Assembly (NCBI RefSeq): GCF_048595155.1
Contig: NZ_JBMDXN010000005.1
Location: 21,015 to 85,014, forward strand
Direction of reading: 5' to 3'
DNA: 64,000 nucleotides
Source: Sphingomonas sp.
Lineage (GTDB): Bacteria > Pseudomonadota > Alphaproteobacteria > Sphingomonadales > Sphingomonadaceae
Shown: positions 9,453 through 20,600 of the stretch, piece after piece
How positions within the stretch are numbered: position 1 is the first letter of the stretch
Layout of the letters: every line of letters begins with the position of its first letter
Program-made: the position numbers and the translations under genes
Notes under the pieces: generated by a model
Told to the model about the DNA's origin: nothing
The model's input: the letters and a program-made list of their open reading frames with translations, nothing else
Databases searched by the model: none

Positions 9453-9564
9453 AGGCTCTCTCCCGGCTTGTTCTTTCCCAACACTGCGCCGTCCTGCCTG
9501 TTCCGTCCAGACGGCATCGCGCCACCCGATCAAGTCGCTTGAGCCTCACGCCCGGTGCAGCTAG

Positions 9565-9579
9565 GTTCGCATTTCGTTC
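9565..9579 (+). promoter_or_regulatory. alphaproteobacterial-type LexA (SOS) box GTTC-N7-GTTC upstream of rmuC
   Basis: GTTCgcatttcGTTC ending 13 nt before the rmuC ATG. Confidence 0.55.
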
Positions 9580-9592
9580 CGGGTGAGAAGAT

Positions 9593-10933
9593 ATGGCTGT
9601 GGCGCTGATAATTGGTTTGATGGCGTTGTTCGCCGGGTTCGCGGTCGGGTGGTTCGCCCGGTCCGGCGCGGCCGCGAAGGCGGAGGCTCAGGCAGCAGAA
9701 TTGCCGCCGCTCCGCGCGCAGCTGGCGGAGCTCACTACGACGCGAGACACGGCGTTGCGAGACCTCGCCGTGGAGCGGGCCTCCATGAGCGAGCGCGCCC
9801 AGGCGTTCGAGGCGCGCCTGGCGGAATTGCGCGAAGCCAAGGATGTGCTTGCCGCTCAGTTCAACGAGGTTGGGAGCAAATTGCTGGCTGATGCCCAGCG
9901 GCAATTCCTCGAACGCGCCGATCAGCGGTTCGCGCAAGCGGGGGAGAAGAACGATGCCCAGCTCAAAGCTTTGCTGACCCCAGTTGAGACGACGCTGAAG
10001 CGCTATGAGGAAGGTCTGGCCAAGGTCGAGAAGGACCGCATCGGCAGTTACGAGGCGTTGAAGGAAGCTGTCACAAGCCTGGCGCAAGGCAATGATATCG
10101 TGCGGAAAGAGACGGCGCGTCTAACCAACGTCCTGCGGTCCAGCCCAAAACATCGCGGCCGCTGGGGCGAGCAGCAATTGCGCACCATTCTTGAATCGGC
10201 CGGCCTCGCGGAAAATGTCGATTTTGAGCTGGAGACGTCCATCACCGACGGCGATCGGCAGTTGCGCCCCGATTGTGTGATCCGGCTGCCCGGCGGACGC
10301 TGCATCGTCATCGACGTGAAATGCCCGCTGACCGCCTTCGAGCAAGCATTCGATGAGGAGGATGAGGTGCGGCGCGGCGAGTTGTTGCTCGCACATGCTG
10401 CCGCAATGCGCTCTTATGCCACGGATCTGGGGCGAAAATCCTATTGGAAGCAGTTCGATCTCTCGCCCGATTTCGTGATCATGTTCATCCCGGGCGAGCA
10501 TTTCCTGTCGGCGGCGGCCGAGCGCGCGCCGGACCTGATCGAGCAGGCGTTCCGCGGCGGCGTGATCATCGCGTCGACGATCAACATGCTGGCGCTGGCG
10601 AAAGTGATGGCCGGAATGTGGCGGCAGGAAGGGCTGGCGAAGCAGGCGGAGGAGGTCGGCCGCCTCGGCAAGGAACTCTATTCCCGACTGCAGACGATGG
10701 GGCGCCATGTCGAAAAGCTCGGCCGCAACCTCAATCAGGCGACCGGCGCCTACAATGATTTCGTCGGCAGCCTGGAAAGTCAGGTGATGACCCAGGCCAA
10801 GCGCTTCGAAGCGCTCAGCGTGGAAACGGGCGGTAAGACGATCGAGCCATTGCCGATGATCGAAACCGCTGTCCGCCCGCTCGCCAAGCTCTCCACGGCG
10901 CACCACACGGATTATCCCGAGGCGGCGGAGTAG
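9593..10933 (+). CDS. rmuC: DNA recombination protein RmuC
   Basis: 446 aa; N-terminal TM, long coiled-coil, C-terminal RmuC nuclease-like region (RGRWGEQQLRTILESAGL..PDCVIRLPGGRCIVIDVKCP). Confidence 0.9.
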   Translation: MAVALIIGLMALFAGFAVGWFARSGAAAKAEAQAAELPPLRAQLAELTTTRDTALRDLAVERASMSERAQAFEARLAELREAKDVLAAQFNEVGSKLLADAQRQFLERADQRFAQAGEKNDAQLKALLTPVETTLKRYEEGLAKVEKDRIGSYEALKEAVTSLAQGNDIVRKETARLTNVLRSSPKHRGRWGEQQLRTILESAGLAENVDFELETSITDGDRQLRPDCVIRLPGGRCIVIDVKCPLTAFEQAFDEEDEVRRGELLLAHAAAMRSYATDLGRKSYWKQFDLSPDFVIMFIPGEHFLSAAAERAPDLIEQAFRGGVIIASTINMLALAKVMAGMWRQEGLAKQAEEVGRLGKELYSRLQTMGRHVEKLGRNLNQATGAYNDFVGSLESQVMTQAKRFEALSVETGGKTIEPLPMIETAVRPLAKLSTAHHTDYPEAAE

Positions 10934-11006
10934 GGGTGTCTTAGCGCCGCCTCGCCGAGGTCAGGAATTGCTCGATGGCGCGCCGCCCATGCCTGTCATG
11001 ATCGGC

Positions 11007-11669
11007 TCACCCCACCCTCATCGATAATTCCACATCCGGGCCGAAGGGAACGGACAGATAGCCGCCATTGGCCGTCCGCACCCGCGCCAGGTAATCCGGG
11101 CTGTGATCAGCGTTATCTGCAATGATCAACGCTCCGGGGCGCAGCTGGCCTTCGACCAATTTGAGAATATCGGGATAGAGGCCCTTGGCGCCATCCAGCA
11201 GCAGCATGTCGATCGCCTCAGGCACATCGTCCGCCAATGTCGCCAGCGCGTCGCCCTCGCGAAACTCAACCAGGTCGGCGAGGCCGGCCGCAACCAGATT
11301 GGCCTTGGCGCGTGTCACCTTGGACGGCTCGAATTCGGTGGTGATGAGCCGGCCGCCGCCATTGTCACGCAGTGCCGCCGCGAGGTGCAGTGTCGATACG
11401 CCGAAGGAGGTGCCGAACTCGACGATCGTCTGCGCCCCGATGCTGCGCGCGAGCATGTACAGCAACGTTCCGGTTTCGCGTGAGACCGCAAGCGGCGCGT
11501 CCTTCAGCAGGCCATAGAAACCGCGATACTCCGTCTTGCTCTGCATGAGCCGTTGGCGCTCCTCGGTCGACAGGCTGTCGATCCCCGGGATGTCGAGCCG
11601 CCATGACCGGTCCGCATCCAGCAATCCGTCAAGGATCGCGGCCACCGGCGCGTTATTCAGTGTTGTCAT
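11007..11669 (-). CDS. class I SAM-dependent O-methyltransferase
   Basis: 220 aa; SAM motif I IVEFGTSFGVS, acidic loop TTEFEP, LLLDGAK typical of COG4122-type O-methyltransferases. Confidence 0.8.
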   Translation of the reverse strand: MTTLNNAPVAAILDGLLDADRSWRLDIPGIDSLSTEERQRLMQSKTEYRGFYGLLKDAPLAVSRETGTLLYMLARSIGAQTIVEFGTSFGVSTLHLAAALRDNGGGRLITTEFEPSKVTRAKANLVAAGLADLVEFREGDALATLADDVPEAIDMLLLDGAKGLYPDILKLVEGQLRPGALIIADNADHSPDYLARVRTANGGYLSVPFGPDVELSMRVG

Positions 11670-11710
11670 CGGATATCTCCCATGTCGCCAGATTGTTGCG
11701 ACACCGGTAA

Positions 11711-11745
11711 AATGCGATTAATTCGTCACCTTTTCTAATCGCATT
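11711..11745. promoter_or_regulatory. perfect 10-bp inverted repeat, candidate TetR operator
   Basis: AATGCGATTA-N15-TAATCGCATT in the 89-bp divergent region between the methyltransferase and the TetR gene. Confidence 0.5.
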
Positions 11746-11758
11746 CCGGAAGGCTGGT

Positions 11759-12397
11759 ATGGGCTCGCACGCAAAACCGCCGATTTCCTTGATAAAGGAA
11801 CCTAAGCAGGCCCGTTCGAATGGGCTCGTCGCGGCCGTGCTGGAAGCCGCTACTCAGGTTTTGGCGGAAGAGGGCGCGCAGCGTTTCACGACGGCGCGAG
11901 TCGCCGAAAAGGCCGGTGTCAGCATCGGCTCGCTCTACCAATATTTTCCGAACAAGGCGGCGATCCTGTTCCGGCTGCAAAGCGATGAATGGCATGAGAC
12001 GGCCGATATGCTGCGGTCGATCCTGGAAGACGGGTCACAGCCGCCTTTTGCCCGCGTGCGCACGCTGGTCCATGCCTTCATTCGCTCGGAATGCGCCGAA
12101 GCCGGTATGCGGACCGCACTGGCAGACGCGGCACCGCTGTATCGCGACGCGCCGGAAGCCAAGGCAGCAAAGGCGGCGAGCCGCGGGATCGTTCTTCGCT
12201 TCCTGCAGGAAGCTCTCCCCAACGTCTCGGGGACGGAGCGTGAATTGGCCGCCGACCTGATCAAGACGACGCTCAGCAGCGTCGGCGCCCACTTCTCGGC
12301 CACGCCCCGTACCGACCGCGAAATGACCCGCTATGCCGACGCGATGGCGGACATGTTCTGCGCCTATCTCGCGCGCCTCGAAGACGCAGGGCGCTAG
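11759..12397 (+). CDS. TetR/AcrR-family transcriptional regulator
   Basis: 212 aa; N-terminal HTH (FTTARVAEKAGVSIGSLYQYFPNKAAIL). Confidence 0.85.
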   Translation: MGSHAKPPISLIKEPKQARSNGLVAAVLEAATQVLAEEGAQRFTTARVAEKAGVSIGSLYQYFPNKAAILFRLQSDEWHETADMLRSILEDGSQPPFARVRTLVHAFIRSECAEAGMRTALADAAPLYRDAPEAKAAKAASRGIVLRFLQEALPNVSGTERELAADLIKTTLSSVGAHFSATPRTDREMTRYADAMADMFCAYLARLEDAGR

Positions 12398-15300
12398 AGG
12401 CTCAGCAAGGCCGGATCGCCACCCTGGGCCGTGATGTTGACCGAAAGCGCGCGTTCCGTGGCATAGCGCAGCAGCGAGTGCGGGCCGCCGGCCTTGGGCC
12501 CGGTGCCGGACAGGCCTTCGCCGCCGAACGGCTGCACGCCGACGACCGCCCCGATGATCGATCGGTTGACGTAGACATTGCCGGCGGGAACCAGCGCGCG
12601 CACTTCCTGCGCGAACCGTTCGATGCGGCTGTGGACGCCCAGTGTCAGGCCGTAGCCACGCGCGGCGAGCTTGCCCGCAACCGTCGCCAGATCGGCAGGG
12701 TCGTAGCGATAGATGTGCAGGATCGGCCCGAACACCTCCCGCTCCAGGAAGTCGGGTCGCGGCACTTCGGCAATGACCGGTCCGAAGAAGAAGCCGCGGC
12801 TGTTACCCGGATCCAGCCGCCACACGATCTTCGCCTCGCGCTCCAGCCGCGTGACATGGGCTTCCAGATTGGCACGCGCTTCGGCGTCGATGACCGGGCC
12901 GATATCTGTCGCCGGGTTGGCGGGATCGCCCATGGTGAGTGTGTCGAGCGCGCCCGCCAGCGTGGCGATCAGCTCGTCGGCCGAATCCTCCGGCACGAAC
13001 AAAACGCGCAGGGCGGAGCAACGCTGCCCGGCTGAGCCGATTGCCGACTGGATCACATCGTCGACCACCTGCTCGCGCAGGGCGGTGGTATCGACGAACA
13101 GGCCATTGAGGCCGCCCGTCTCGGCGATGAAGGGCAGGATCGGCCCGTCGCGTTCGGCAAGGCTGCGATTGATCAGGCGCGCGGTGTCGGTGCCGCCGGT
13201 AAAGGCCACGCCGTCAACATGCGGGTGACGGACCAGGGCCGCGCCCACCGTCGCCCCGTCGCCTGGCAGCAATGCCAGCAGATCGGGATCGAGCCCCGCC
13301 TTGTGGAACAGCCGAACCGCTTCGGCCGCCACGAACGGCGTCTGCTCCGCCGGCTTGGCCAGCACCGCATTGCCGGCCGCCAGGGCGGCGGCAACCTGAC
13401 CGGTGAAGATGGCGAGCGGGAAGTTCCACGGCGAAATGCAAACGAAGGTTCCGCGCCCGCGCAGCTCCAGCTGGTTGGTTTCCCCAACCGGCCCCTGCAG
13501 CGTCTCCAATCCGGTGAACTGCTTCTCCGCCAGCGTTGCGTAATAACGGCAGAAGTCGACTGCCTCGCGCACCTCCGCCACCCCGTCGTTCAGCGTCTTG
13601 CCGCCTTCGCGGGCGAGCAACGCGATCAGGCGATCCATCTCCGCCTCCAGCGCATCGCCCATGGCGCGCAGAGTACGGGCGCGCCCGGAGCCACCAAGCG
13701 CGTCCCACGCCGGCTGCGCGGCTTTGGCGCGGCGTGCCGCTTCGTCGATATCCGCAGGCAGCGCTTCCGATACGGCGCCAATCAAAATCTCGCGATCGAC
13801 CGGACTTACCGCCGGCTTCGCACCTGCGCCTTTCTGTAGCCGTCCGCCCACGATCGGTCCCGCGGTCAGTGTTTCGGCGGCACTGCTGCGGCTCGCCGCG
13901 GCGGCAACTTCGCGCGCGCTGGCGATGCTGTAATCCCGCCCCAGCGGGTTCTTCCGGGCCGGCCCATAAATGTCCGCGGGCAGGGCGATGCGCGGATGGG
14001 GAAAGGGGCGGGCCTCGACTGCCGCGATGGGGTCGCGCACGACATCTTCTGCCGGCACACGATCGTTCAGCAAGGCATGGACGAAGCTGGTGTTGGCGCC
14101 ATTCTCCAACAGGCGCCGTACCAGATAGGGCAGCAATTCCTCATGGCCGCCTACCGGCGCATAAGCGCGCAGCACGGCGTTAGTGGAGCCGGCAGCCTTG
14201 TACAGCACCTCGCCCATGCCGTGCAGCCGCTGGTGCTCGATCCGAACGCCGGCGCGCGCCGCCATCAGCCGCACGGCCGCCAGCGTGTGGGCATTGTGGG
14301 TCGCAAATTGCGGATACAGCGTGGGGGAGGCGGCGATGAGCGCGTCGGCACACACCAGATAGGATAGGTCCGTCGCGGGCTTGGTCGTGAAGACGGGGTA
14401 ACCCGGCCGGCCGGCGATCTGCGCCTTCTTGATCTCGCTGTCCCAGTAGGCGCCTTTGACGAGCCGGACCATGATTCGCCGCCCGCTATCCTCGGCCAGC
14501 CGCTGCAGCGCCTCGATGACCGCGATGCCGCGCTTCTGATAGGCCTGCACGACCACGCCAAGGCCGGTCCAGCTGCCAAGCTCCGGCTCGCGCGCCAGGC
14601 GATCGACGAGCTTGAGGGACAGGACCAGCCGGTCCGCCTCTTCGGCGTCGATCGCGAAATTCATATTGTGGTGGGCGGCGATCAGGGCGAGCCGCTTGAT
14701 GCGTGGATAGAGCTCCTCCCAGACACGCGCTTCCTGAACCGCTTCGTAGCGCGGCGACAAGGCCGACAGCTTGACCGAGACGCCATGGCCCTCTTCCGGC
14801 GCCGTCCCCGGCACACGCGCCTTGCCGACCGCCCGGATCGCCTGGGCATAGATCTTTTCGTACCGCTCCGCGTCGGCGGCGGTGCGGGCGCCTTCGCCGA
14901 GCATGTCGAACGAACAGATATAGCCTTCCTTTTTGGCGCGGGTCAGCGCCGCCTCGATGTTGCGGCCGAGCACGAATTGTTCGCCCATCATGCGCACGGC
15001 CGCGCCCACGGCTTGCCGGATCACCGGCTCGCCAACGCGTGCGGTCAATCGCTTGAGCCAGCCACCCAGGTCGGTCTTCGCCTCATCCTCGACATCCACG
15101 ATCTTGCCCGTCAGCATCAGACCCCAGGTCGATGCATTGACGAACAGGCTGTCCGATTGACCTAGATGGCTTGCCCAATCGGCCGATCCGATCTTCTCGG
15201 CGATGAGGCGATCGCGCGTGTCCGCATCCGGGGTGCGCAGCAATGCCTCGGCAAGGCACATCAGCGCCAGGCCCTCACGCGTGCCCAGCGAGAATTGCTG

Positions 15301-15492
15301 CAGGAAACTTTCCACCACACCCTGCTTCTCGGCAGATTGGCGCGCGGCCCGCACCATTTCGGCGGCTTCGCGTTCCACCTCGCGCCGCTCGGACACGGAC
15401 AGCGGCGCACGTGCGAGCAGGGCGCGACAGGCGTCTGCCTCATCCTGATACTTAAGTGCGTCGATACGATCCCAGTCGACCCGGTCGGACAT
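12394..15492 (-). CDS. putA: bifunctional proline dehydrogenase / L-glutamate-gamma-semialdehyde dehydrogenase
   Basis: 1032 aa; N-terminal PRODH barrel and C-terminal aldehyde dehydrogenase (FTGGTDTA, ETGGLN, GQRCSA). Confidence 0.95.
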   Translation of the reverse strand: MSDRVDWDRIDALKYQDEADACRALLARAPLSVSERREVEREAAEMVRAARQSAEKQGVVESFLQQFSLGTREGLALMCLAEALLRTPDADTRDRLIAEKIGSADWASHLGQSDSLFVNASTWGLMLTGKIVDVEDEAKTDLGGWLKRLTARVGEPVIRQAVGAAVRMMGEQFVLGRNIEAALTRAKKEGYICSFDMLGEGARTAADAERYEKIYAQAIRAVGKARVPGTAPEEGHGVSVKLSALSPRYEAVQEARVWEELYPRIKRLALIAAHHNMNFAIDAEEADRLVLSLKLVDRLAREPELGSWTGLGVVVQAYQKRGIAVIEALQRLAEDSGRRIMVRLVKGAYWDSEIKKAQIAGRPGYPVFTTKPATDLSYLVCADALIAASPTLYPQFATHNAHTLAAVRLMAARAGVRIEHQRLHGMGEVLYKAAGSTNAVLRAYAPVGGHEELLPYLVRRLLENGANTSFVHALLNDRVPAEDVVRDPIAAVEARPFPHPRIALPADIYGPARKNPLGRDYSIASAREVAAAASRSSAAETLTAGPIVGGRLQKGAGAKPAVSPVDREILIGAVSEALPADIDEAARRAKAAQPAWDALGGSGRARTLRAMGDALEAEMDRLIALLAREGGKTLNDGVAEVREAVDFCRYYATLAEKQFTGLETLQGPVGETNQLELRGRGTFVCISPWNFPLAIFTGQVAAALAAGNAVLAKPAEQTPFVAAEAVRLFHKAGLDPDLLALLPGDGATVGAALVRHPHVDGVAFTGGTDTARLINRSLAERDGPILPFIAETGGLNGLFVDTTALREQVVDDVIQSAIGSAGQRCSALRVLFVPEDSADELIATLAGALDTLTMGDPANPATDIGPVIDAEARANLEAHVTRLEREAKIVWRLDPGNSRGFFFGPVIAEVPRPDFLEREVFGPILHIYRYDPADLATVAGKLAARGYGLTLGVHSRIERFAQEVRALVPAGNVYVNRSIIGAVVGVQPFGGEGLSGTGPKAGGPHSLLRYATERALSVNITAQGGDPALLSL

Positions 15493-15612
15493 GGCAAAAC
15501 CCCATAGAAACTGTTCGCCCTATATGGGGAGCATGGCAGAATGTGCTTTCGTTTTCGCGATGGTGTGCCGAATATTATGGCGTCAAAGCTTGTTGGAGCC
15601 GAAGGATCATTG

Positions 15613-16065
15613 ATGGATCAGATCGACCGCAAGATCTTGCGCGCCTTGCAGCAGGACGGACGCATCACGAATAGCGCGCTTGCCCAGCAATGCGGACTTT
15701 CCAGCGCCGCCTGCTTCGAACGCGTGCGCCGCCTGCGCGATCAGGGCGTAATCCTCGGTTACACCGCGCTGCTGGATCCAGCGAGGCTAGATCGCGCGCT
15801 GATGATCTTCATCGAAGTGTTGCTCGACAGAACCACCGATGATGCCTTTGCCGCCTTCGCCGCCCACGTGCGTAAGCTGCCCGACGTACTGGAATGTCAC
15901 ATGGTTGCGGGCGGGTTTGATTATCTGTTGAAGGTTCGCGTCGCGGACATGGCGGCCTATCGCGCCTTTCTCGGTGACACGCTGGTCGCGCTACCCGGTA
16001 TCCGCGAAACGAGGACCTATGCGGTCTTGGAAGAAGTGAAGCTTACGAGCCGATTACCGGTATGA
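15613..16065 (+). CDS. putR: Lrp/AsnC-family regulator divergent from putA (PutR-like)
   Basis: Start placed at ATG 15613 (GAAGGA 6 nt upstream): MDQIDRKILRALQQDGRITNSALA; divergent putA arrangement as known for PutR in other alphaproteobacteria. Confidence 0.8.
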   Translation: MDQIDRKILRALQQDGRITNSALAQQCGLSSAACFERVRRLRDQGVILGYTALLDPARLDRALMIFIEVLLDRTTDDAFAAFAAHVRKLPDVLECHMVAGGFDYLLKVRVADMAAYRAFLGDTLVALPGIRETRTYAVLEEVKLTSRLPV

Positions 16066-16300
16066 TCGAAAAATAGCGACACGACCGACGGATTGTATAG
16101 GATCAACCGTTAGAGGGCCGACATCTGTGGGCGTTTCTGACCCGTCTGACGCTTCACGCCATCTTCCCTCCGATCGAGGAATGCACTGCATTGCTTTGGT
16201 TCACCTCGGCTAGCGTCAACGGTCCTGTCCGGCTTGTGCCAGATCAGGCCAATCGTCCGGATCGCCGCCAGCATCTATCTACCCGCGCCAGGGGAATTCG

Positions 16301-17656
16301 ATGAGCCAAGATTATGAAGCCGCCGTCGACCCGGTCGCGCGGTCGCCGCGTTCGCGGCGGAATGCCTTGCTGGTGGTGCTGGGGCTGATCGTTATTGCCG
16401 TACTGGCATGGGCGCTGACGCGTGGTGGATCCGGGGATGGGCAGGGCGGCCCTGGCGGGCGCGGCCGATTCCGTCCGGTGGCGACCGTGGGCGTTGCCAA
16501 GGTGGTGGCAGCGGACGTGTCACAATCGCTGGATGCAATCGGTACGGTGGTGCCGGTCGTCACGGCAACCGTGCGCCCGCAATTGAGCGGCAACATTTTC
16601 ACGATCAACTTCACCGAAGGGCAACTGGTCAAGAAGGGGCAGCTGCTGGCGCAGATCGACCCACGCCCTTACCAGTTGGCGCTGGCCCAGGCGCAGGCCA
16701 ATCTCACGCGCGATCAATCGCAGCTCAACCTCGCCCGTGTCGATTTGCAGCGTTACCAGACGCTGCTCCAACAGGATTCGATCGCGCGCCAGCAGGTTCA
16801 GACGCAGGCCGCGACGGTCGAACAACAGAAAGGTGTCGTTGCAGCCGATCGGGCAGCAATCGGAACCGCGCGGCTCAATCTGCAATATACCTCGATTACC
16901 GCGCCCGTGTCGGGCCGGATCGGCCTGCGGCAGGCCGACATCGGCAATTACGTGACGCCGGGCGATACCAACGGTGTCGCGGTGATTACCCAGACCGATC
17001 CGATCGACGTCAGTTTCGCTGTGCCGCAAGGCAATTTGCCGGGCATTCTTGCCCGCTTGCGGAGCGGGGCCGCGCTGGCGGTCAAGGCAACGGATCAGAA
17101 TGGCAGCACCGCGCTTGCTCAGGGGCGTTTCCTCGCCTTCAACAACCAGATCGATACCAACACCGGAACCGTCACCGGCAAGGCACGCTTCGCTAATCCG
17201 CGCGGTACGCTCTTCCCGAACCAGTTCGTCAATGTGACCGTGCTCGTCGACACGCTGCGCAATGCACCGACCATTCCCGTTACGGCGGTGCGCCACGGCG
17301 CGCAGGGTGATTTCGTGTTCGTGCTGCAGGACGATCATACGGTGAAGATCCAGACCGTGCAGCAAGGCCCGGCCGCCGGAACCCGCGTTGCGGTTCTGTC
17401 CGGCTTGAAGGTCGGGCAAACTGTCATCACCGAAGGCGCGGACAATCTGGAAGACGGATCCAAGGTCATGCTGCCCGGTGAGCGCCCACAGCGCATGCCC
17501 CAGCGCAAGCGTGGCTTCTTCGCGCGCCTGTTCGGTGGCGGCGGCGAAGGCGAGGGGGGCGGCTCCGGCGCGACCGCCGGCCATGGTACCGCCGATGGTA
17601 ACCGCACGGGCGGGCAACGCCATCATCGGCAGCAGGGCGGCGGCAACAGCCAGTGA
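16301..17656 (+). CDS. mdtA: RND efflux membrane-fusion (periplasmic adaptor) protein, MdtA-type
   Basis: 451 aa; TM anchor, lipoyl/hairpin/beta-barrel pattern ([13 protein letters not shown]); Gly-rich C-terminal tail; first gene of a four-gene overlapping operon. Confidence 0.85.
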   Translation: MSQDYEAAVDPVARSPRSRRNALLVVLGLIVIAVLAWALTRGGSGDGQGGPGGRGRFRPVATVGVAKVVAADVSQSLDAIGTVVPVVTATVRPQLSGNIFTINFTEGQLVKKGQLLAQIDPRPYQLALAQAQANLTRDQSQLNLARVDLQRYQTLLQQDSIARQQVQTQAATVEQQKGVVAADRAAIGTARLNLQYTSITAPVSGRIGLRQADIGNYVTPGDTNGVAVITQTDPIDVSFAVPQGNLPGILARLRSGAALAVKATDQNGSTALAQGRFLAFNNQIDTNTGTVTGKARFANPRGTLFPNQFVNVTVLVDTLRNAPTIPVTAVRHGAQGDFVFVLQDDHTVKIQTVQQGPAAGTRVAVLSGLKVGQTVITEGADNLEDGSKVMLPGERPQRMPQRKRGFFARLFGGGGEGEGGGSGATAGHGTADGNRTGGQRHHRQQGGGNSQ

Positions 17657-20600
17657 GCGAGGTCTCCGAAAGCGGGACCAGCCTCGGCGCAGAGGATGAG
17701 GTACTCGGCCCGGAAGGGGTGAACCCGTCGCGTCCCTTCATCATGCGCCCCGTGGCGACGACGCTGCTGATGCTGGCGATCCTGCTGGCTGGTATCGTCG
17801 CCTACCGCTTCCTGCCGCTGTCTGCTTTGCCGGAGGTGGATTATCCGACCATCCAGGTCAGCACGCTTTATCCGGGCGCCAGCCCCGACGTGATCAATCT
17901 GACGGTGACGGCGCCGCTTGAACGGCAATTCGGGCAGATGGCGGGCCTGTCCCGCATGTCGTCCATATCCTCGGCCGGGGCATCCGTGATCACGCTCCAG
18001 TTCAACCTCGATCTGACGCTGGACGTCGCGGAGCAGGAGGTTCAGGCCGCTATCAACGCCGCCAATACGCTGCTGCCGTCCGATCTGCCGGCACCGCCCA
18101 TCTATGCGAAGGTCAATCCGGCGGATGCACCCGTATTGAGCCTCGGCATCACATCGAAGACGCGGCCGTTGGCGGAGGTGCAGAATCTCGTCGACCAGCG
18201 CATCGCCAACAAATTGTCGCAGATTTCCGGAGTAGGTCTTGTCTCCCTGTCCGGCGGTCAGCGCCCGGCCGTGCGGATCCAGGCCAATGTTCAGGCGCTG
18301 GCCGCGCATAATCTATCGCTGGATCAACTCCGCAGCGCGATCGCCGCCGCCAACGTCAACGGTGCCAAGGGCAGTTTCGATGGTCCCACACGCAGCTGGT
18401 CGATCGATGCGAACGATCAGCTCGCGACCGCGGATGAGTATAAGAACCTCATCATCTCCTATCGCGACAATAATCCCGTGCGATTGAGCGATGTCGCCAA
18501 CGTCGTGGATTCCTCGGAGAACACCCGGCTTGGGGCATGGATGAACCGGACCCCCGCGATCGTGCTCGATGTCCAGCGCCAGCCGGGCGCCAACGTGATC
18601 GGCACCGTCAATGCGATCAAGGCGACATTACCCGATCTGGAAGCGGCGATGCCGGCCGACGTCCACGTCACGCTTCTGACCGATCGCACAACCGGCATCC
18701 GCGCGTCGGTTCACGACGTTCAGATAGAATTGGTCTTCGCGGTCGTGCTGGTGACGGTGGCGATCTTCCTGTTCCTGGGATCATGGCAGGCGACATTGAT
18801 CGCCAGCCTGGCGGTTCCGCTCTCGATCGTGGGCACGTTCGCCGCGATGCATCTGCTGGGGTTCAGCCTCAACAATCTCACGCTGATGGCGCTCACGATC
18901 GCGGCCGGCTTCGTTGTCGACGATGCCATTGTCGTGACGGAGAATATCGCACGTCATTTGGAAGAGGGGAAAAGCCCGCTCGCAGCGGCGTTGCAGGGCA
19001 GCCGTGAGATCGGCTTCACGATCATTTCGTTGACGGTCAGCCTGATCGCGGTGCTGATCCCGCTGCTGTTCATGGGGGATGTGGTCGGGCGCCTGTTCCG
19101 TGAGTTCGCAATCACGCTTGCTGTCACGATCCTGATCTCCGCCGTCGTCGCGCTCACCCTTGTGCCAATGCTGTCCGCGCGCTGGCTGAAGCCGGAGGCG
19201 GAGACCCGCACCTTCCGTGTGTCCGAATGGACGATGCACAAGTTCGACAAGCTGCAGCGCGGCTACCGCTCCGCACTGGATTGGGTGTTGTTGCGCCAAG
19301 GGCTCACCCTGATCGTGTTCGCGGGATCGCTGGTGCTGACGGCGATCCTCTTCGTGGCGATCCCCAAGGGTCTGTTCCCCGAACAGGATACCGGCCAGTT
19401 GCAGGCGATCGTCTCGACCGGCCAGGGCGTGTCGTTCGGGCGCATGTCCAGCTTGCAGAATAAGCTGGCCGACGCGATCCTGCAGGATCCTGATGTCGAG
19501 AGCCTGAGCTCGAACGTTGGCGTCGACGGCAAGAATCCGGCCCTCAATCAAGGCCGAATGCTGATCAACCTCAAGGAAAAGGGCGATCGCAGCGGCAGTC
19601 AGACCGCGCTCATTCGCCGGCTGCAGAATCGTGCACGCGATATCGCGGGCGTGACCCTTTATGTGCGGCCGGTGCAGGATCTGACGATCGATGCCGAAGG
19701 CGGACCCACGCAATATCGCTTCGCGTTGCAAGGCGCCGACCAACAGGAAATCAACCTGTGGACAAGCAAGCTCCTCGAAGAGCTGAAGAGCGTCCATCAG
19801 GTCCGCAATGTCGTGTCGGATATGCAGAATCAGGGTCGCGCGGTGACGGTCAAGATCAACCGGGACGTGGCAGCACGGCTCGGCATCAGCACGGCAGCGG
19901 TCGATAGCGCGCTCTACAATGCGTTCGGACAGCGGATCATCTCCACCATCTTCACGCAGACCACGCAATATCGTGTGATCCTGGAAAGCGCGCCGGGGAT
20001 GCTCACCAACCCCCAGGCGCTGAACCAGCTCTACGTTCAAACATCCTCCGGCGCCTCCGTGCCGCTTTCGACGGTGGCGACCTTTGTGGAGGGGCAGGCG
20101 CCGCTCCAGATCACGCGTGTCGCACAATTCCCCGCGTCGACCGTCGGCTTTGATCTGGCGCAAGATCAGTCGCTCGGGGGTGCGGTCAGTGCGATCCAGG
20201 CTGCGGAGAAGCGGATCGGGCTGCCCGATGGCATCACCACCACGTTCCTGGGCGCGGCCAATGCGTTCCGCGCAAGCCTTTCCAACGAGGTCTGGCTGAT
20301 CCTGGCGGCGATCGTGGTGGTCTACATCGTTCTGGGCGTGCTCTATGAGAGCTTCATCCATCCGATCACTATCCTGTCGACCTTGCCGTCGGCGGGCGTG
20401 GGCGCGCTGCTTGCGCTGCTGCTGACGGGCAATGATCTGGGCGTCATCGGCATCATCGGGATCGTGCTGCTGATCGGTATCGTCAAAAAGAATGCGATCA
20501 TGATGATCGACTTCGCGATCGATGCGCAACGGACCGATGGCAAGGATGCCGATACCGCGATCCGCGAGGCGGCTCTGCTGCGCTTCCGGCCGATCATGAT

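Noticed and set aside
15541-15612. Upstream extension of the Lrp/AsnC regulator ORF
   Set aside because: ATG 15613 has a GAAGGA SD and yields the canonical MDQIDRKIL N-terminus of the family.
16066-16300. 235-bp intergenic region upstream of mdtA, examined for an sRNA, a leader peptide or SOS/regulator boxes
   Set aside because: It holds only a 10-codon ORF (MHCIALVHLG) without an SD and no recognisable repeats, so nothing there can be supported.
18781-20529. 582-aa minus-strand ORF inside mdtB
   Set aside because: It is antisense to a confidently identified RND pump. The product is R/D/H/G-rich with no motifs. This is a typical shadow ORF of high-GC coding DNA.
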